DNA from: a virus | Taxonomy: Duplodnaviria; Caudoviricetes | Length of the DNA: 60,343 nucleotides | Strand: one strand, 5' to 3' | Virus record (IMG/VR): IMGVR_UViG_3300044898_000090 | Span: 1-60,343 of that record | In this document: piece after piece, positions 18,468 to 28,887 of the stretch | Layout: every line of letters begins with the position of its first letter | Position numbering within the stretch: position 1 is the first letter of the stretch | Made by a program: the position numbers and the translations under genes | Notes under the pieces: model-generated | What the model saw: the letters and a program-made list of their open reading frames with translations, nothing else | Databases searched by the model: none | What the model was told of the DNA's origin: nothing

Positions 18468-19165
18468 AGCAGAATCCAGCAGGCGTCTACTTTCAGGGCG
18501 GTCGCTTCGGCGTACTTCCATACATAGCCGGCGGGCACCAAAAAAGTAATAGTGCTCTTGCCGTTGGCCCCCCCCGTAGCACCCTCAAACACTTCCCCGA
18601 CGGAGGCAGCCAATACGCTCGTGGGGCCGACTAAAAACTTTGCGCCGCCAGCCGAGCCCTGCCACACCGTAGCCGTCACGAGTGCCGGGCGCGATGCACT
18701 AATTGTCTGCGGGATAAGTTCCCCAATGCTCGCTTTACTTTCGACGGTCTGTTCCCGCTTGGGTTCCCCGGCGGTGATGAGCCAGTTGGTGCCGTCTGAC
18801 TGGAGGCGCAGATGCTGGTGTTCGGTGAGCGTCGCGGTTGCGTTGTTGAAGAAGTCGCCGATGATGCTCGCGCCGCCGGAGGTCGTGACTTTGCAGCTCG
18901 CGGCCATGCAGAAGACCCCGATGACCTGGTTGGCCGTTGTGGCGGGCGGCAGGGTGAAGGTTTCTCCAGCTTTCGTCTGGACCGCTAGTTCGCCGCTTTT
19001 GAGCGGGGCGGCCGCCGCGTACGTTTTGACGAGCAGTATCTTTTCGCTGAGGATCGCGGTGAGCCGTTCCGCCAGTTCTTTGAAGTCGCCGGCTCCGAGG
19101 TTGACTTTGCCGGTGGGGTCCGGATAGGGGAGTAGCCAGGGCGCGGCGGTTTCGTGGTCGGGCAT
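18464..19165 (-). CDS. Tail fiber / receptor-binding protein
   Basis: LPYP N-terminus; TLPPA..LQSDGTNW; follows baseplate J/I. Confidence 0.65.
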   Translation of the reverse strand: MPDHETAAPWLLPYPDPTGKVNLGAGDFKELAERLTAILSEKILLVKTYAAAAPLKSGELAVQTKAGETFTLPPATTANQVIGVFCMAASCKVTTSGGASIIGDFFNNATATLTEHQHLRLQSDGTNWLITAGEPKREQTVESKASIGELIPQTISASRPALVTATVWQGSAGGAKFLVGPTSVLAASVGEVFEGATGGANGKSTITFLVPAGYVWKYAEATALKVDACWILL

Positions 19166-19764
19166 CAGTATTCCCCTTCTTTGACGGAGGCCCAGGTGAC
19201 GGTGCCGGCGACGGCGGCCCAAGTGTCGGCGCCTTGGATCCAGGCTCCGGCGACTTCGAGGATGGTGAACATGACGCCGCCGGGCTTGACGGCTTCGATC
19301 ACTGCTCTGAGCGCGGCGCTCGATTTGCCGATGCCGACGAGGACGTTGAAGTGGTATGCGGACGGGCTGCCGTCGGCGGCGGTGCGCTCCTGCACGGTGA
19401 ACGGGGCCGCTCCGAGCACGGTACGGATGGCCGCTTCGATGGAGGCGAGGCTGCCGCGTTCTAGGCCGGCCTCGCGTTTGATGGCCGCGCGGGCTTCCGC
19501 CTCGCTGGCGCCGGGCGGGATCGTGACACCGACGTACTGCCCGAGGTAGGGCAGGATGCTGGCGGGGCATAGTTCTGGGTTCAGCAGCTTGCCCCAGCTG
19601 GGGATGTAGCCGGCTTGGCCGTCGGTGCCTTCCTCTTCGGCGAGCTCGGCGACGGGGTCGAACATCCCGCCGATGGCCTGGCTGTACCGACCGAGGTCGT
19701 CGGTCATCCATGGTGCGAGGTGGTCCGCGAGTCGCTTTCCGAAGAGGGAGGTGACCGTGAACAT
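19165..19764 (-). CDS. Baseplate wedge protein (P2 gpI-like)
   Basis: LLNPELCPASILPYLGQYVG..RGSLASIEAA..VKPGG. Confidence 0.8.
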   Translation of the reverse strand: MFTVTSLFGKRLADHLAPWMTDDLGRYSQAIGGMFDPVAELAEEEGTDGQAGYIPSWGKLLNPELCPASILPYLGQYVGVTIPPGASEAEARAAIKREAGLERGSLASIEAAIRTVLGAAPFTVQERTAADGSPSAYHFNVLVGIGKSSAALRAVIEAVKPGGVMFTILEVAGAWIQGADTWAAVAGTVTWASVKEGEY

Positions 19765-21183
19765 TTAGACCGCGGTGATTTTGATGTTCCCGGCGACCGT
19801 GGTCGGCAAGGGCGCGGGGCCGCGGAGTGTCAGGTCGGCCGTTTTGACGCCGGGTGCTTCGCCGAGCCCTATCGCGAGACCGGCGCTGCCGGCTGGTACG
19901 TACTGGCAGCCGGGGACGGCCTCCATGATCCCGAGCAGCTGGTTGTACCGGACCAGGTTGTATCCCTGGATGATGTTCAGCCAGGAGTTGCTGCCCGTCG
20001 TCTGGCCGCTGGGGTTGCCGAACGTGGCGGGGCTGAGGAAGCTTTCGAGGGCCGCTTTGACGGCTGCGACGACGGCTGCGGGCGTGTAGCCGGGGAGGAC
20101 GTGGATGGTGCCGGTGATCTGCACTTCGTTGTATTTGGCTTGCCGAATGAAGGAGAGGAAGTTGATCTCGCGGAACCCTTTGAGCCAGTTTTCGATGGCT
20201 GTCATCGCTTCGGCTGTGAGCGCGAGCCCGCTGTGGTCGGTGACGAACGTGGTGACGGTCCGCTGGTTTTCGTAGGAGCCGACGGCGGTGATGTTGGAGG
20301 TTTCGGTTTTGGTGGGTGCGATGCTGAGGACCGCTGTTTTGGCGCCTTCGTTGATGCTTTCGACGAGTGTGCCGGGGGCGATCCCTGACCCTTCGAGTTC
20401 GCTTTTGACGGTCAGCCCGGTGAAGCTCGTGATCGCGGTGATGGTGGTGTTGCCGGTCGTGATCGCGGCTTTGAAGATGGTGCTGGCGGGGTTGTAGCCG
20501 TCGATCGCGGTTGTTCTCCCGACGACGACACCGGATGGGACGATGCTGGATGGCACGTCGAGCGCCATTTCGGCGAAGTTCGCGGCGGTGATCGGCCGTG
20601 GTGCCTGGAGCTTTAGCGCCGCGGCGAGGCGGTCTAGGTATTCTTCGTCTGTTTCCTGCGCCGCCCCGCCGCTGGTTTCCCCGGTGATCTGGACTTCTGT
20701 CACCCAGTCGATGGGGTTCGTTTGCTGCGCGACGCCCGTGACGCGGTTGTATTCGGCGCCGCGCTCGACGGCTTGCACCTCGAGAGTGACACTGGCGACC
20801 CCCGAGCCGACGACGGTGTCGGCTTGCACGACGAACCCGAGTCCTCCCGCTTCGATGCCGGTGCCGGCGGGGATGGTGCGTATGGCGGCTTCGGGGGTGA
20901 CGGCCCATTCAGTGGACGCGGTCGCGGCGGCACCTTCGTTGTAGGGCAGTTTGATGAGCTGGGTGCCAAACGCCCGGAAGATCGCGGGGGGCACGACCGC
21001 GGCGATCGTCGCGACGTTGAGGGCCATCATCGCGATGACACCGAGGAGGATCACCTCGAGGTCGGCGTCTGACGGCTCCCAGCCGATGACACCCTTTTCT
21101 TCGACGAGCGCTACGAGCTTTTCGAGGGCTTCCCGCGCGAGCTGTTCTTCGGAGGTGGGTAGTTCGACGGTTATGAAGGACAC
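19765..21183 (-). CDS. Baseplate J-like protein
   Basis: IPAGT..VQAVERGAEYN..GGAAQETDEEYLDR. Confidence 0.88.
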   Translation of the reverse strand: MSFITVELPTSEEQLAREALEKLVALVEEKGVIGWEPSDADLEVILLGVIAMMALNVATIAAVVPPAIFRAFGTQLIKLPYNEGAAATASTEWAVTPEAAIRTIPAGTGIEAGGLGFVVQADTVVGSGVASVTLEVQAVERGAEYNRVTGVAQQTNPIDWVTEVQITGETSGGAAQETDEEYLDRLAAALKLQAPRPITAANFAEMALDVPSSIVPSGVVVGRTTAIDGYNPASTIFKAAITTGNTTITAITSFTGLTVKSELEGSGIAPGTLVESINEGAKTAVLSIAPTKTETSNITAVGSYENQRTVTTFVTDHSGLALTAEAMTAIENWLKGFREINFLSFIRQAKYNEVQITGTIHVLPGYTPAAVVAAVKAALESFLSPATFGNPSGQTTGSNSWLNIIQGYNLVRYNQLLGIMEAVPGCQYVPAGSAGLAIGLGEAPGVKTADLTLRGPAPLPTTVAGNIKITAV

Positions 21184-21195
21184 GCGGGCACCTCG

Positions 21196-23637
21196 CTAGG
21201 AAACGTCGATCTCGACGGCTACGCCCCCGGTGACCGCTTCGATCTGCTGTGTTGCTGTGAGGTCCGCCCGGGGCTCCCAGAACGTGATCGCCGCCTCGAG
21301 CGCGGCGAGGTCGAGAGGGACGGGCTTGAACGGCAGCTGTGGCCGCCCGAACGCGGGGCGGTCGTCCCTGAAGCCCTGCGGGCAGACCGCTATGCGGTAG
21401 ACGCATGCGGCGATGTCGTCGGGGGAGTCTTGTTCGACGACGGCCGCCCCTTCGCGGCCGATGGTGAAGTTTTGCGCGAAGTGCGGCGCGTCGGGCTTGC
21501 GTACCGCGAACTGTGTTTCGGCGGCCACGGTGATGGCCCAGGGGAAGGTGGTGGTCACTTCGGTTTCGGCGCCTTTGCCGATGATCGTGACGGTCGAGCT
21601 CCCGGCGGCCGTGGGTGTCCCGGTGACCACGCCGGTGACGGGGTTGATTGCTAGCCCTTCGGGGAGCCCTTGCGCTTCGAACGTCGTCACGCCGGTCGCG
21701 GCGATGCTGCGGGAGACGGCGGTGCCGACGGTGCCATGCTGTTCGGCGGGTTTGGTGATCGTTGGGGTGGGTGATCCTTCTGCTGCGGGCCGCACGACGG
21801 CCTGTAGATGCGCGGAGAACGCGGCTGCGAGCGGGCTCCAGTCGAACTTGAACCCTTCGCCGTCGAGGACGAGGCCCTGTTCTTCACCGATGACTTTCAC
21901 CATGTCTCGCGCGCCGAACGCGGAGTACATCGCGCCGTCCTCCAGGCGAAAGCCGGTGGCTGTGTCGCCCGTGTCCTCTATGTAGAACCCGTATTTGGCG
22001 ATGGCTTTCGCGACGGCGACGAGGAATGGGTGTGGCAGCCCGAGCGCTTCGATTTCGGCGTCTGTCATCGCGAGGTAGAACCGCTGGCCCATCACGGGGG
22101 CGTACGCGGGTAGCCCGACGGGCAGGCCGTTTTCTTCCCCGTCGGTGTGGTTCGCGGGGTAGACGAACGCTTTGCGGCAGTTGTGCACGAACGCGACGAG
22201 CGCGTGGCTGATCTGGCCAGCGGCGAGCTCGGGGCCTCGGATAACACCGGCGTTTAGGTCGTAGTTCGCAGCGACGGAGTTGCCGCCGAGGAGGCTCCCC
22301 GTCATGTTGCCGAGGCCGGAGCTGGACACTTTCAGTTTTTTGCCGGCTTCTTCGTATTCGATGGTTTCGCCGGTCGCTTTGACCTGCCAGAAGTCCGCGG
22401 TCGACCCTTCCGGGACGGCCAGGGCCGCGCAGTCGGTGGGGCACAGCACGACCTGCAGGTGGTGGTCGCCGTTGGCTTGGCACTTGGAGGCGACGGGGAT
22501 ACGGATTTTCTTTTTGTCGAAGAACCCTTTGGCGGCATCGAGGATTTCGACCTGCGGGTCGGTGCTGGTGGCGTACACCGTCGGGAAATGGTTCTTCGCG
22601 TGGCTCGCTGTGCCAAGCGGGGAGTCGGCGAGGAGCCATGCCACCATTTCTGCGGAGTTCGGCAGCACCCGCGACTGGCCGATCTGACGGTTGAACGCGC
22701 ACGTCGCGCTCCCGAGCGGCGTCGCCTGGGGGATGGGGCTGAACGCCGTGTACCCCTGCCATGTCGCTGCTGTCGCCACCGACACGACATTCCAGACGAA
22801 CGTCGTTTCGACTTCCCCGCCCGGCCCTTTGGCCTTGAGCGTGACGGTCGGCGATTCGACTTTGTTCGGCGTGCCGCTGATCAGCCCCGTCACGGGGTTG
22901 ATGATGTATCCGGTGGGTAGGCCGGTCGCTTTGTATTCCGTCAGGCCGCTCGCTTCGACCTGCAGGCCGTTGATCGGGATGCCGACCGTGTTCGTCTGTG
23001 CCGCCGGTTTGGTGATCGTCAGCGCCGCCGGGAAGACCGCGATGACGGACGCTGACCAGTCGGCCGGCGCTGTCGTCCACGCCGACTGCTGTGGCCCGGT
23101 GCCGGCGATGATGAACGCGGACGCGTTGCCGCTGTGCCCCGCGTTGCTGAGAGCCGTCCACCCCGCGGGGGGACCTGCGGTCACACCCTGTTCCCACAGG
23201 CGTGTCGTGGCGACACACAGCTCGCCGCCCGTCGTGGGCGTCTCCGGGGGGGTCGCGATCGCCGTCGAGTGCCCTTCGCTACCGGCGGCCACCTGGAGCG
23301 TGCCCGCGCCGCCCAACCACTCGGTGACCACCAGCGGGTCAAACGCCGTTGTGGCTTTCGTGAATTTGACCGTGATGACGTTGTTGACGCCGCCCGTGGC
23401 GATGACGCCAAACCAGATCTCAGCGGAGAGTTCTTTCTTTTCGCCGTTTTCGATCAGGACGGCGCGGGTCCATGCTGTAACGCCTCCGCCCGTGATGCTC
23501 GAGATCTGGGCTCCGCGCGACCCGGCGAACTGCAAGACGATCATGTCGCCGACGGCGAAGTTCGCCATGCCGCTCGTCACGAATTCCGCGACGCTGGGGG
23601 GCGAGAAGCCGGCGGTCTGGACTTTGCTGTACGCCAT
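21196..23637 (-). CDS. Multi-domain protein: putative Ig repeats plus C-terminal gp25/gpW-like domain
   Basis: ATGLPTGY.INPVTGLISGTP-type repeat twice; C-terminal VEQDS.DDI..GFR.DRPAFG..ITFWEPR, upstream of J. Confidence 0.7.
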   Translation of the reverse strand: MAYSKVQTAGFSPPSVAEFVTSGMANFAVGDMIVLQFAGSRGAQISSITGGGVTAWTRAVLIENGEKKELSAEIWFGVIATGGVNNVITVKFTKATTAFDPLVVTEWLGGAGTLQVAAGSEGHSTAIATPPETPTTGGELCVATTRLWEQGVTAGPPAGWTALSNAGHSGNASAFIIAGTGPQQSAWTTAPADWSASVIAVFPAALTITKPAAQTNTVGIPINGLQVEASGLTEYKATGLPTGYIINPVTGLISGTPNKVESPTVTLKAKGPGGEVETTFVWNVVSVATAATWQGYTAFSPIPQATPLGSATCAFNRQIGQSRVLPNSAEMVAWLLADSPLGTASHAKNHFPTVYATSTDPQVEILDAAKGFFDKKKIRIPVASKCQANGDHHLQVVLCPTDCAALAVPEGSTADFWQVKATGETIEYEEAGKKLKVSSSGLGNMTGSLLGGNSVAANYDLNAGVIRGPELAAGQISHALVAFVHNCRKAFVYPANHTDGEENGLPVGLPAYAPVMGQRFYLAMTDAEIEALGLPHPFLVAVAKAIAKYGFYIEDTGDTATGFRLEDGAMYSAFGARDMVKVIGEEQGLVLDGEGFKFDWSPLAAAFSAHLQAVVRPAAEGSPTPTITKPAEQHGTVGTAVSRSIAATGVTTFEAQGLPEGLAINPVTGVVTGTPTAAGSSTVTIIGKGAETEVTTTFPWAITVAAETQFAVRKPDAPHFAQNFTIGREGAAVVEQDSPDDIAACVYRIAVCPQGFRDDRPAFGRPQLPFKPVPLDLAALEAAITFWEPRADLTATQQIEAVTGGVAVEIDVS

Positions 23638-23662
23638 GTGCCCCCTCCCCTATGTCGCCGGG

Positions 23663-23938
23663 TTACGTGTGAGCGCCCGCCCACCAGACGACGACGGGGA
23701 TGTTGCGGTCGTCGAAGATCACGACGACGCGTGCGCCTTGCGCGGGCAAGGTGGCACCGTGGATCGCTCCCCACTCGCAGGGCCCGTAGAGCCGCTCGAG
23801 GCTGTACTCGGGGAGAATCACCCACAGTTCGTCCGCGAACGTGACGGGAGCCGGCCGGTTTCGGCTGACGTAGCCGCCGACGACCAGGCGCTGTGGCGTG
23901 GGGCCCCCGTCGCGGAGGAGCTCTGTCCGGTCGGCCAT
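23663..23938 (-). CDS. Small baseplate spike/OB-fold-like protein
   Basis: LPAQGARVVVIFDD..PVVV; position after the hub. Confidence 0.55.
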   Translation of the reverse strand: MADRTELLRDGGPTPQRLVVGGYVSRNRPAPVTFADELWVILPEYSLERLYGPCEWGAIHGATLPAQGARVVVIFDDRNIPVVVWWAGAHT

Positions 23939-23949
23939 GTCGCCCCCCG

Positions 23950-26007
23950 CTAGGTCTTGGGTCTGTAGTAGCCGAGGAACCCTGATGGGCCGGTCGTTTC
24001 GGCTGGGCCTTCCTCGGGATCGCCGGGGCCACCCATGGAGATGGCCTTCCCGCCCCCGACGTAGATGGTGACGTGCGTGGTGTGCCCGATTTCACCGAAG
24101 AGACACAGGTCACCGGGCTGCGGGTTGGCGACCTTCGTCGCGTTGTTGATGAGCGTTTCGGTGGTGCCGATCGAGCTGTAGTTCGCGCCCGTAGGGTCGG
24201 GTAGACCTGCTGCTTTGAACGCGAGGATCGTGAACGAGCTGCAGTCCATGCGGCGCGGTGCTGGCCCGAAGAGGTCCGCGCCTGCCTGCCGGCCGCCGCC
24301 GTAGACGTATTCGTACTTGCTCTTTTCGGTGAGAGCGCGCTTGGCAGCTTCGACGACGGAGGTCGCACCGCCGGTGATCGCACCTGCGGCTTGTTCGCCG
24401 CCGGCTGTCGCTTTGGGCTCGGGGAGCGGTTCGATGGGGGGCTGCAGGATGAGCTGGGTGTAGATGTCTTTGAGGCAGTTGCGGGTGGCGTTGGCGATGA
24501 TCCACCGGCCGTTGATGGGTCCGGAGCCTTTGAATTCGATGACCTCGCCGGCGCGGTACTCCCGAATGCCGCACACGAGGTTCATCCGCACCTCGGCGGG
24601 GGTGGAGGGCTTGCTCGCCCGGGAGCGGCGCTGAACTTTGCCCTTGACCTTGTGGGTCTGGCGGTACTGGAAGGTGGTGTTGTCGAACGTGTAGGTCAGC
24701 GGCGTCTGGATGGCGCCTTCTTCCACGTGGCCGTTGGCCTTGGTGATCTTGTTCGCGGGTACGTCGACGTGCAGCACGGGGCGCTGTTTGGCCATTTCCG
24801 GCCCGGTCATGTAGAACAGGCTGTTGCCGTTGGTGAAGAGGAACCAGGTGACCTGCTGCGCGAGGCGGGTGCCGGCTTCCCAGGAGTCTTCGTCGGGGTT
24901 TTCGACGGTGCCGCGGGTGAGCTGCCCGACGTCGCTCGCGTTTTCGGTGCCGCCTGCGCTGCCGGTGGCGCCGCCGGCGGCGACGATCGCCTTGGCCTCT
25001 GGCAGGAAGCTCGAGTAGCCGGCCTCGCTGGCGTACGCGTTCGCTGGCCAGATGCTGGGCACCTCAACGCGTACGGCGATCTCGATGGGGTCGGTGATGC
25101 CGCTGTGTGCGAGCGCGATCGCTCCGCCGCCCTGGAAGCCCTTCCCGCCGAGGAGGAAGCTCCTGGCCATGCCGGCGGTGTCGTGCGGGTCAGGCCACGT
25201 GCTCGAGCTGCCTTGCAGCGTCCCGTAGTAGCCGGCGGAGTTGGGGGTGAATGCGTCTGCTGCCTCGCCGATGGAGGACTCGGCGATCGCCGCGAACATC
25301 AACGCTTCTATTGCGACGGCCGGCGCGAGCAGCCCGTCCGCGGTGGAGAGCAGCGTGTTCGCCTCGGTCACCTGCTGGGGGTTGAGGTTCTGCCCCTTGA
25401 CGGTGACGGGGGAGCCGGCGTTGACACCGGCTGCCTTGCTGGCCTTCGCTTCCCCGGCGGCCTTCGCCGCGGCAGTCTGTAGCTGTTCGGTCTTTTCTTC
25501 GGGGGTCCGTTCGACGGGCTGGACCGTGTTGACGGCTTTGCAGCGGAAGTCGATGGGCTTCTCGCCGTGATGCCCGACTTCCCTGACGAGATCCCGGATG
25601 AACTGGGCGCGGGTGGCGGTGCCGGGCGGCGCGGTCTTGGGGCCCCAGTAGTCGCGGAGGTACGCGACGATGCGATCCTCGAACGTAAGTGTGAGGTTCG
25701 GCTGTGTGCGGTCGGTGCTGCCGTCGATCGCGCAGAGCCGCCAGAACCACCCGCTCTTTTCGGGGAATTCCACCTCGATCTGGTCGACGAGGCCTTCTAC
25801 CACCTCAAGCCAGCCGGATGTGGTGATCGCCCACTCGGGGTCGATGACGGTGACCTTCAGGAAGCTCGCGCCCTGGATCTCTGTTTGCAGTTCTATCTCA
25901 CTGATCGCCTTCGCGAGATCCTCAACGGCGGGGGCGCCTTTCTTGGCGCTCTTGACGACCTGCTTCGCGATGAAGTGAGAGAGCAGCTGCGGGTCGGGCT
26001 GGCTCAT
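23950..26007 (-). CDS. Baseplate hub with C-terminal NlpC/P60 hydrolase
   Basis: YVYGG..MDCSSF..PQPGDL..HVTIYVG. Confidence 0.8.
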   Translation of the reverse strand: MSQPDPQLLSHFIAKQVVKSAKKGAPAVEDLAKAISEIELQTEIQGASFLKVTVIDPEWAITTSGWLEVVEGLVDQIEVEFPEKSGWFWRLCAIDGSTDRTQPNLTLTFEDRIVAYLRDYWGPKTAPPGTATRAQFIRDLVREVGHHGEKPIDFRCKAVNTVQPVERTPEEKTEQLQTAAAKAAGEAKASKAAGVNAGSPVTVKGQNLNPQQVTEANTLLSTADGLLAPAVAIEALMFAAIAESSIGEAADAFTPNSAGYYGTLQGSSSTWPDPHDTAGMARSFLLGGKGFQGGGAIALAHSGITDPIEIAVRVEVPSIWPANAYASEAGYSSFLPEAKAIVAAGGATGSAGGTENASDVGQLTRGTVENPDEDSWEAGTRLAQQVTWFLFTNGNSLFYMTGPEMAKQRPVLHVDVPANKITKANGHVEEGAIQTPLTYTFDNTTFQYRQTHKVKGKVQRRSRASKPSTPAEVRMNLVCGIREYRAGEVIEFKGSGPINGRWIIANATRNCLKDIYTQLILQPPIEPLPEPKATAGGEQAAGAITGGATSVVEAAKRALTEKSKYEYVYGGGRQAGADLFGPAPRRMDCSSFTILAFKAAGLPDPTGANYSSIGTTETLINNATKVANPQPGDLCLFGEIGHTTHVTIYVGGGKAISMGGPGDPEEGPAETTGPSGFLGYYRPKT

Positions 26008-26777
26008 GCGGGGACCTGGCGGAACGCGGTGAGAGGGATCCTTACCTTGGTACCTGGTTTCAGGTGCTTTTCGGCGCTGGCACCGAGGTTGCGGTTCGCT
26101 TCATGGATCGCTTTCCACGCGCTGGGGATGCCTTCACGGACCGCGATCTTTTTGATGGTGTTCGCCGTCGACGTGGAGTGCACCGTCTTGTACTTCCCCT
26201 TCACCTGGTCACGGACGCTGCGGTTACGGGCGATCGTCCCAGCGGTACTGACGATCTCCGTGAGTTCGACGGTCGCCGCCTGGCGGATGCGCGCGCCGCC
26301 GCTATCACGGTCGGGGTTCCGGTCCCAGTCGATGTGGGTGATCCACCATTGCCGTGACCGGCCCGGTTCGCTCTGAAACTGCTTCGGGACGAGCGGGATC
26401 GTCCTGCCGTTGCTGTCGGTAGTGAACACTTCAACGTAGGGCGGTTCGCCCTTGATTTCGCCGCTCGGGGGGTTCGGGTCGTGCCCGTGCATCCATTCGA
26501 GCTTCAGGATGTTGTTCTCGATGTCTTCACGGTTCGCGGTGCGCATGACCGCGTCGAAGAGGATCGGGACGGCCATGACGATCGGGTCGTAGCCCGTGGA
26601 GACGGTGTAGCCGACGCGGCCGGAACGATCGAGGACCGCGATTTTCGGGCCGCCGGCGATGCGGGTTGGTGCGCCGTCCCCGGCGAGCACTTGGAACTTC
26701 CGGTTGGTGCCGGTGGCGGTGTGTCCGAAGAAGCCGATGAGCTGGCCGGCGAGGACAGCACGCTGTGGGGGTGTCAT
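26004..26777 (-). CDS. Tube-initiator-like protein with LysM domain
   Basis: TIKKIA..WKAIHEANR..LKPGTKVRIP; follows the tape measure. Confidence 0.75.
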   Translation of the reverse strand: MTPPQRAVLAGQLIGFFGHTATGTNRKFQVLAGDGAPTRIAGGPKIAVLDRSGRVGYTVSTGYDPIVMAVPILFDAVMRTANREDIENNILKLEWMHGHDPNPPSGEIKGEPPYVEVFTTDSNGRTIPLVPKQFQSEPGRSRQWWITHIDWDRNPDRDSGGARIRQAATVELTEIVSTAGTIARNRSVRDQVKGKYKTVHSTSTANTIKKIAVREGIPSAWKAIHEANRNLGASAEKHLKPGTKVRIPLTAFRQVPA

Positions 26778-28414
26778 CGTCGTGCCTTCTGCTTCAGCGC
26801 GTCCCGTGTGACGGCTTCACCGACTGTGCGGCTGGCGCGCGGGTCGTTGAGGATCGCCGTGGCGATCTCCTGGCCTGCGCCGTGGCCGAGGTGCACATGA
26901 ATGTGCTGTACGGGCCGTGGTCCTCCTCCGAGGCGGCGGGCGGCCGCGACCAGCTCGTCTTTGAGCTGCCTGTTCTGCGCGGCCGATTCGCCTTCCATGG
27001 CGGGCAGATGCTCGCGTTTCATGAACTGCTTTGCGATCCATTCGCGGTTGAACGCGGACAGCCCGGCTATCTCCTGCGCGCCTCCGCGGGTGTGCACGGC
27101 TGCCCAGGGGTGCGCGAGGATTTCCCTGGCGCGGATCCCTTCGAGCGCTACATGGCCGGGGAGCTTGCCTTCATGCGCTCGTTTGTCGGCGGCGGTGGTG
27201 TTCGCGAGGTTTTCACCGAAGAGGTGCAGTTCGTGGGCGGCGAAGAGCGCGGCCGCGCCGATCGCGAGATACGGGCCAGCTCCCACGCCGGCCGCCGCGC
27301 CGACCTCCCCGCCGGTCGTAGCTGCGCCGCCGCCGAGGATCCCGGATAGCCCCTTGACGAGCGCGAGGCCTTTCACGGCGTTGACGAAGTTGGAGATCTT
27401 CTGGACGGCGAACACGGTGCCGAGCGCGTACGCGAGGGCCTTAGCGACGGTGGTGTTCTTTTCGAACCACTGCCACACTTCTTTGGAGACCCCGACGACT
27501 TTGGTGGCGTCGGTCTCGAGGGTGCCCCATCCGCCGTGGCCCTGCTCGATCGACACGGCGAGTTTTGAGAACCAACCCTCGACGGAGGTGACGGCGGGCA
27601 CGAGCTGCGTGCCGAGCGTGAACTCAAGGCCTTCCCACGCCATCTTCGATTCCGCCTGCTTTTCCTGGAGTTCCTCGAGCTCGTGCCCGCCGCCTTTGAG
27701 CGTCGGGAAGAACCGTTTCGCCATCTGGTCGAAGTGGTTGAGCCCGAGCGCGCCTTTGTCGAGGACAGGCAGCAGCGCCGTGCCGCCACGTCCGAAGAGC
27801 TGCAGCGCGAGACGGGTCTTTTCAGCCCCGTCCTTCATCCCTTCAAAGCGCTTGGTCACCAGTTCGAACTTGGCCTGTTCGGACAGGTGGCTGAACTTGG
27901 TGAGGTCGATGCCGAGCGTCGCAAACGCCTTGGCCTGCACGCCCAACAGGCCGGTCGCGATCTTGTGTTTCGCCGCGGCCTTCCCCTGAGCCAGACCGTA
28001 CGTGTATTCCTGGCGTTCAGCCTGCTGGATGTTCTTCGCGAGGAACTTGAACGCGTTACCGCCCGCCTCCGCGCCGATGCCGCGGGCCTTCAACGCTGCG
28101 GTGTAGTCGAGGGAGGACTGCTCGCCGATGCCGGTGATGGAGTGGAATTTGTGGGTTTCCTCGGCGAGTTCGCCGGTCTTGGAGATGACATCCTTCAGAC
28201 CGAACGCAAGGCCACCAACCCCGATCGCGCCGAGGCCGTAGCCGATCATTGACTTCAGGCCGCCGAAGGACCTCCCGACCGTCTTGATCTGTTTGTCGAG
28301 CCCGCCGAGTTTGTGCTCGGTGCGCCCCGATTCCTCGCCGACAGCATGGACGGCCTTCACGGCCCCGTGCTCGTCGATGAATAGGGTGGTCTTGACGACC
28401 CTGTCCTCGGACAT
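26774..28414 (-). CDS. Tape measure protein
   Basis: Ala/Gly-rich helical; LALQLFGRGG..LLPVL. Confidence 0.85.
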   Translation of the reverse strand: MSEDRVVKTTLFIDEHGAVKAVHAVGEESGRTEHKLGGLDKQIKTVGRSFGGLKSMIGYGLGAIGVGGLAFGLKDVISKTGELAEETHKFHSITGIGEQSSLDYTAALKARGIGAEAGGNAFKFLAKNIQQAERQEYTYGLAQGKAAAKHKIATGLLGVQAKAFATLGIDLTKFSHLSEQAKFELVTKRFEGMKDGAEKTRLALQLFGRGGTALLPVLDKGALGLNHFDQMAKRFFPTLKGGGHELEELQEKQAESKMAWEGLEFTLGTQLVPAVTSVEGWFSKLAVSIEQGHGGWGTLETDATKVVGVSKEVWQWFEKNTTVAKALAYALGTVFAVQKISNFVNAVKGLALVKGLSGILGGGAATTGGEVGAAAGVGAGPYLAIGAAALFAAHELHLFGENLANTTAADKRAHEGKLPGHVALEGIRAREILAHPWAAVHTRGGAQEIAGLSAFNREWIAKQFMKREHLPAMEGESAAQNRQLKDELVAAARRLGGGPRPVQHIHVHLGHGAGQEIATAILNDPRASRTVGEAVTRDALKQKARR

Positions 28415-28887
28415 CAGCGCCACCCTGCTTCGCGGAATGCCTCGGCGACGATGGCGCCCTCCAGGTGTTCGATGCTGCGCGCGTTACGCGCGGCGGCTCG
28501 GAGCAGGAAGGGGTGCATGTCCTGCTCGACCCAGGTGTCTGTGCCGAAGACGGGGTGGCGGAACTGTCCGCTCTGTGCCGCGGCTTGTGATTTGCCTTTG
28601 CCCTTGTTGCCGAGCTCGAACAGCCCGGCGAGGGGAACACCGGGGCCGCCGGCGATGACGGAGATGCTTGTGCCGCGGAGCCTGACCTTCACCGACGGGG
28701 GGATGCTCTGCGAGTACTCCTCGGCGTTGGTCTTGGCGTCCTCGGCGATGAGCCCGCCGGCGACACGGAGCGTTTTCTTGAGCTGCTTGTCGGGCTTGAA
28801 GGACTTGAGGTCCCGGGTGAGCTGGCGGAACTCTTTGAGGTCGACGCCCTCCTTGCCGCGGCTGAGCACGGTCACGGTGTTAGCCAT
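28414..28887 (-). CDS. HK97 gp10-like protein
   Basis: LKKTLRVAGGLIAEDAK..FELG..HPFLLRAA. Confidence 0.65.
   Translation of the reverse strand: MANTVTVLSRGKEGVDLKEFRQLTRDLKSFKPDKQLKKTLRVAGGLIAEDAKTNAEEYSQSIPPSVKVRLRGTSISVIAGGPGVPLAGLFELGNKGKGKSQAAAQSGQFRHPVFGTDTWVEQDMHPFLLRAAARNARSIEHLEGAIVAEAFREAGWR

Noticed and set aside
19166-20908. Long Arg-rich N-terminal part of the 814-aa ORF 18464..20908
   Set aside because: Shadow frame over baseplate J/I; the real gene starts at ATG 19165.
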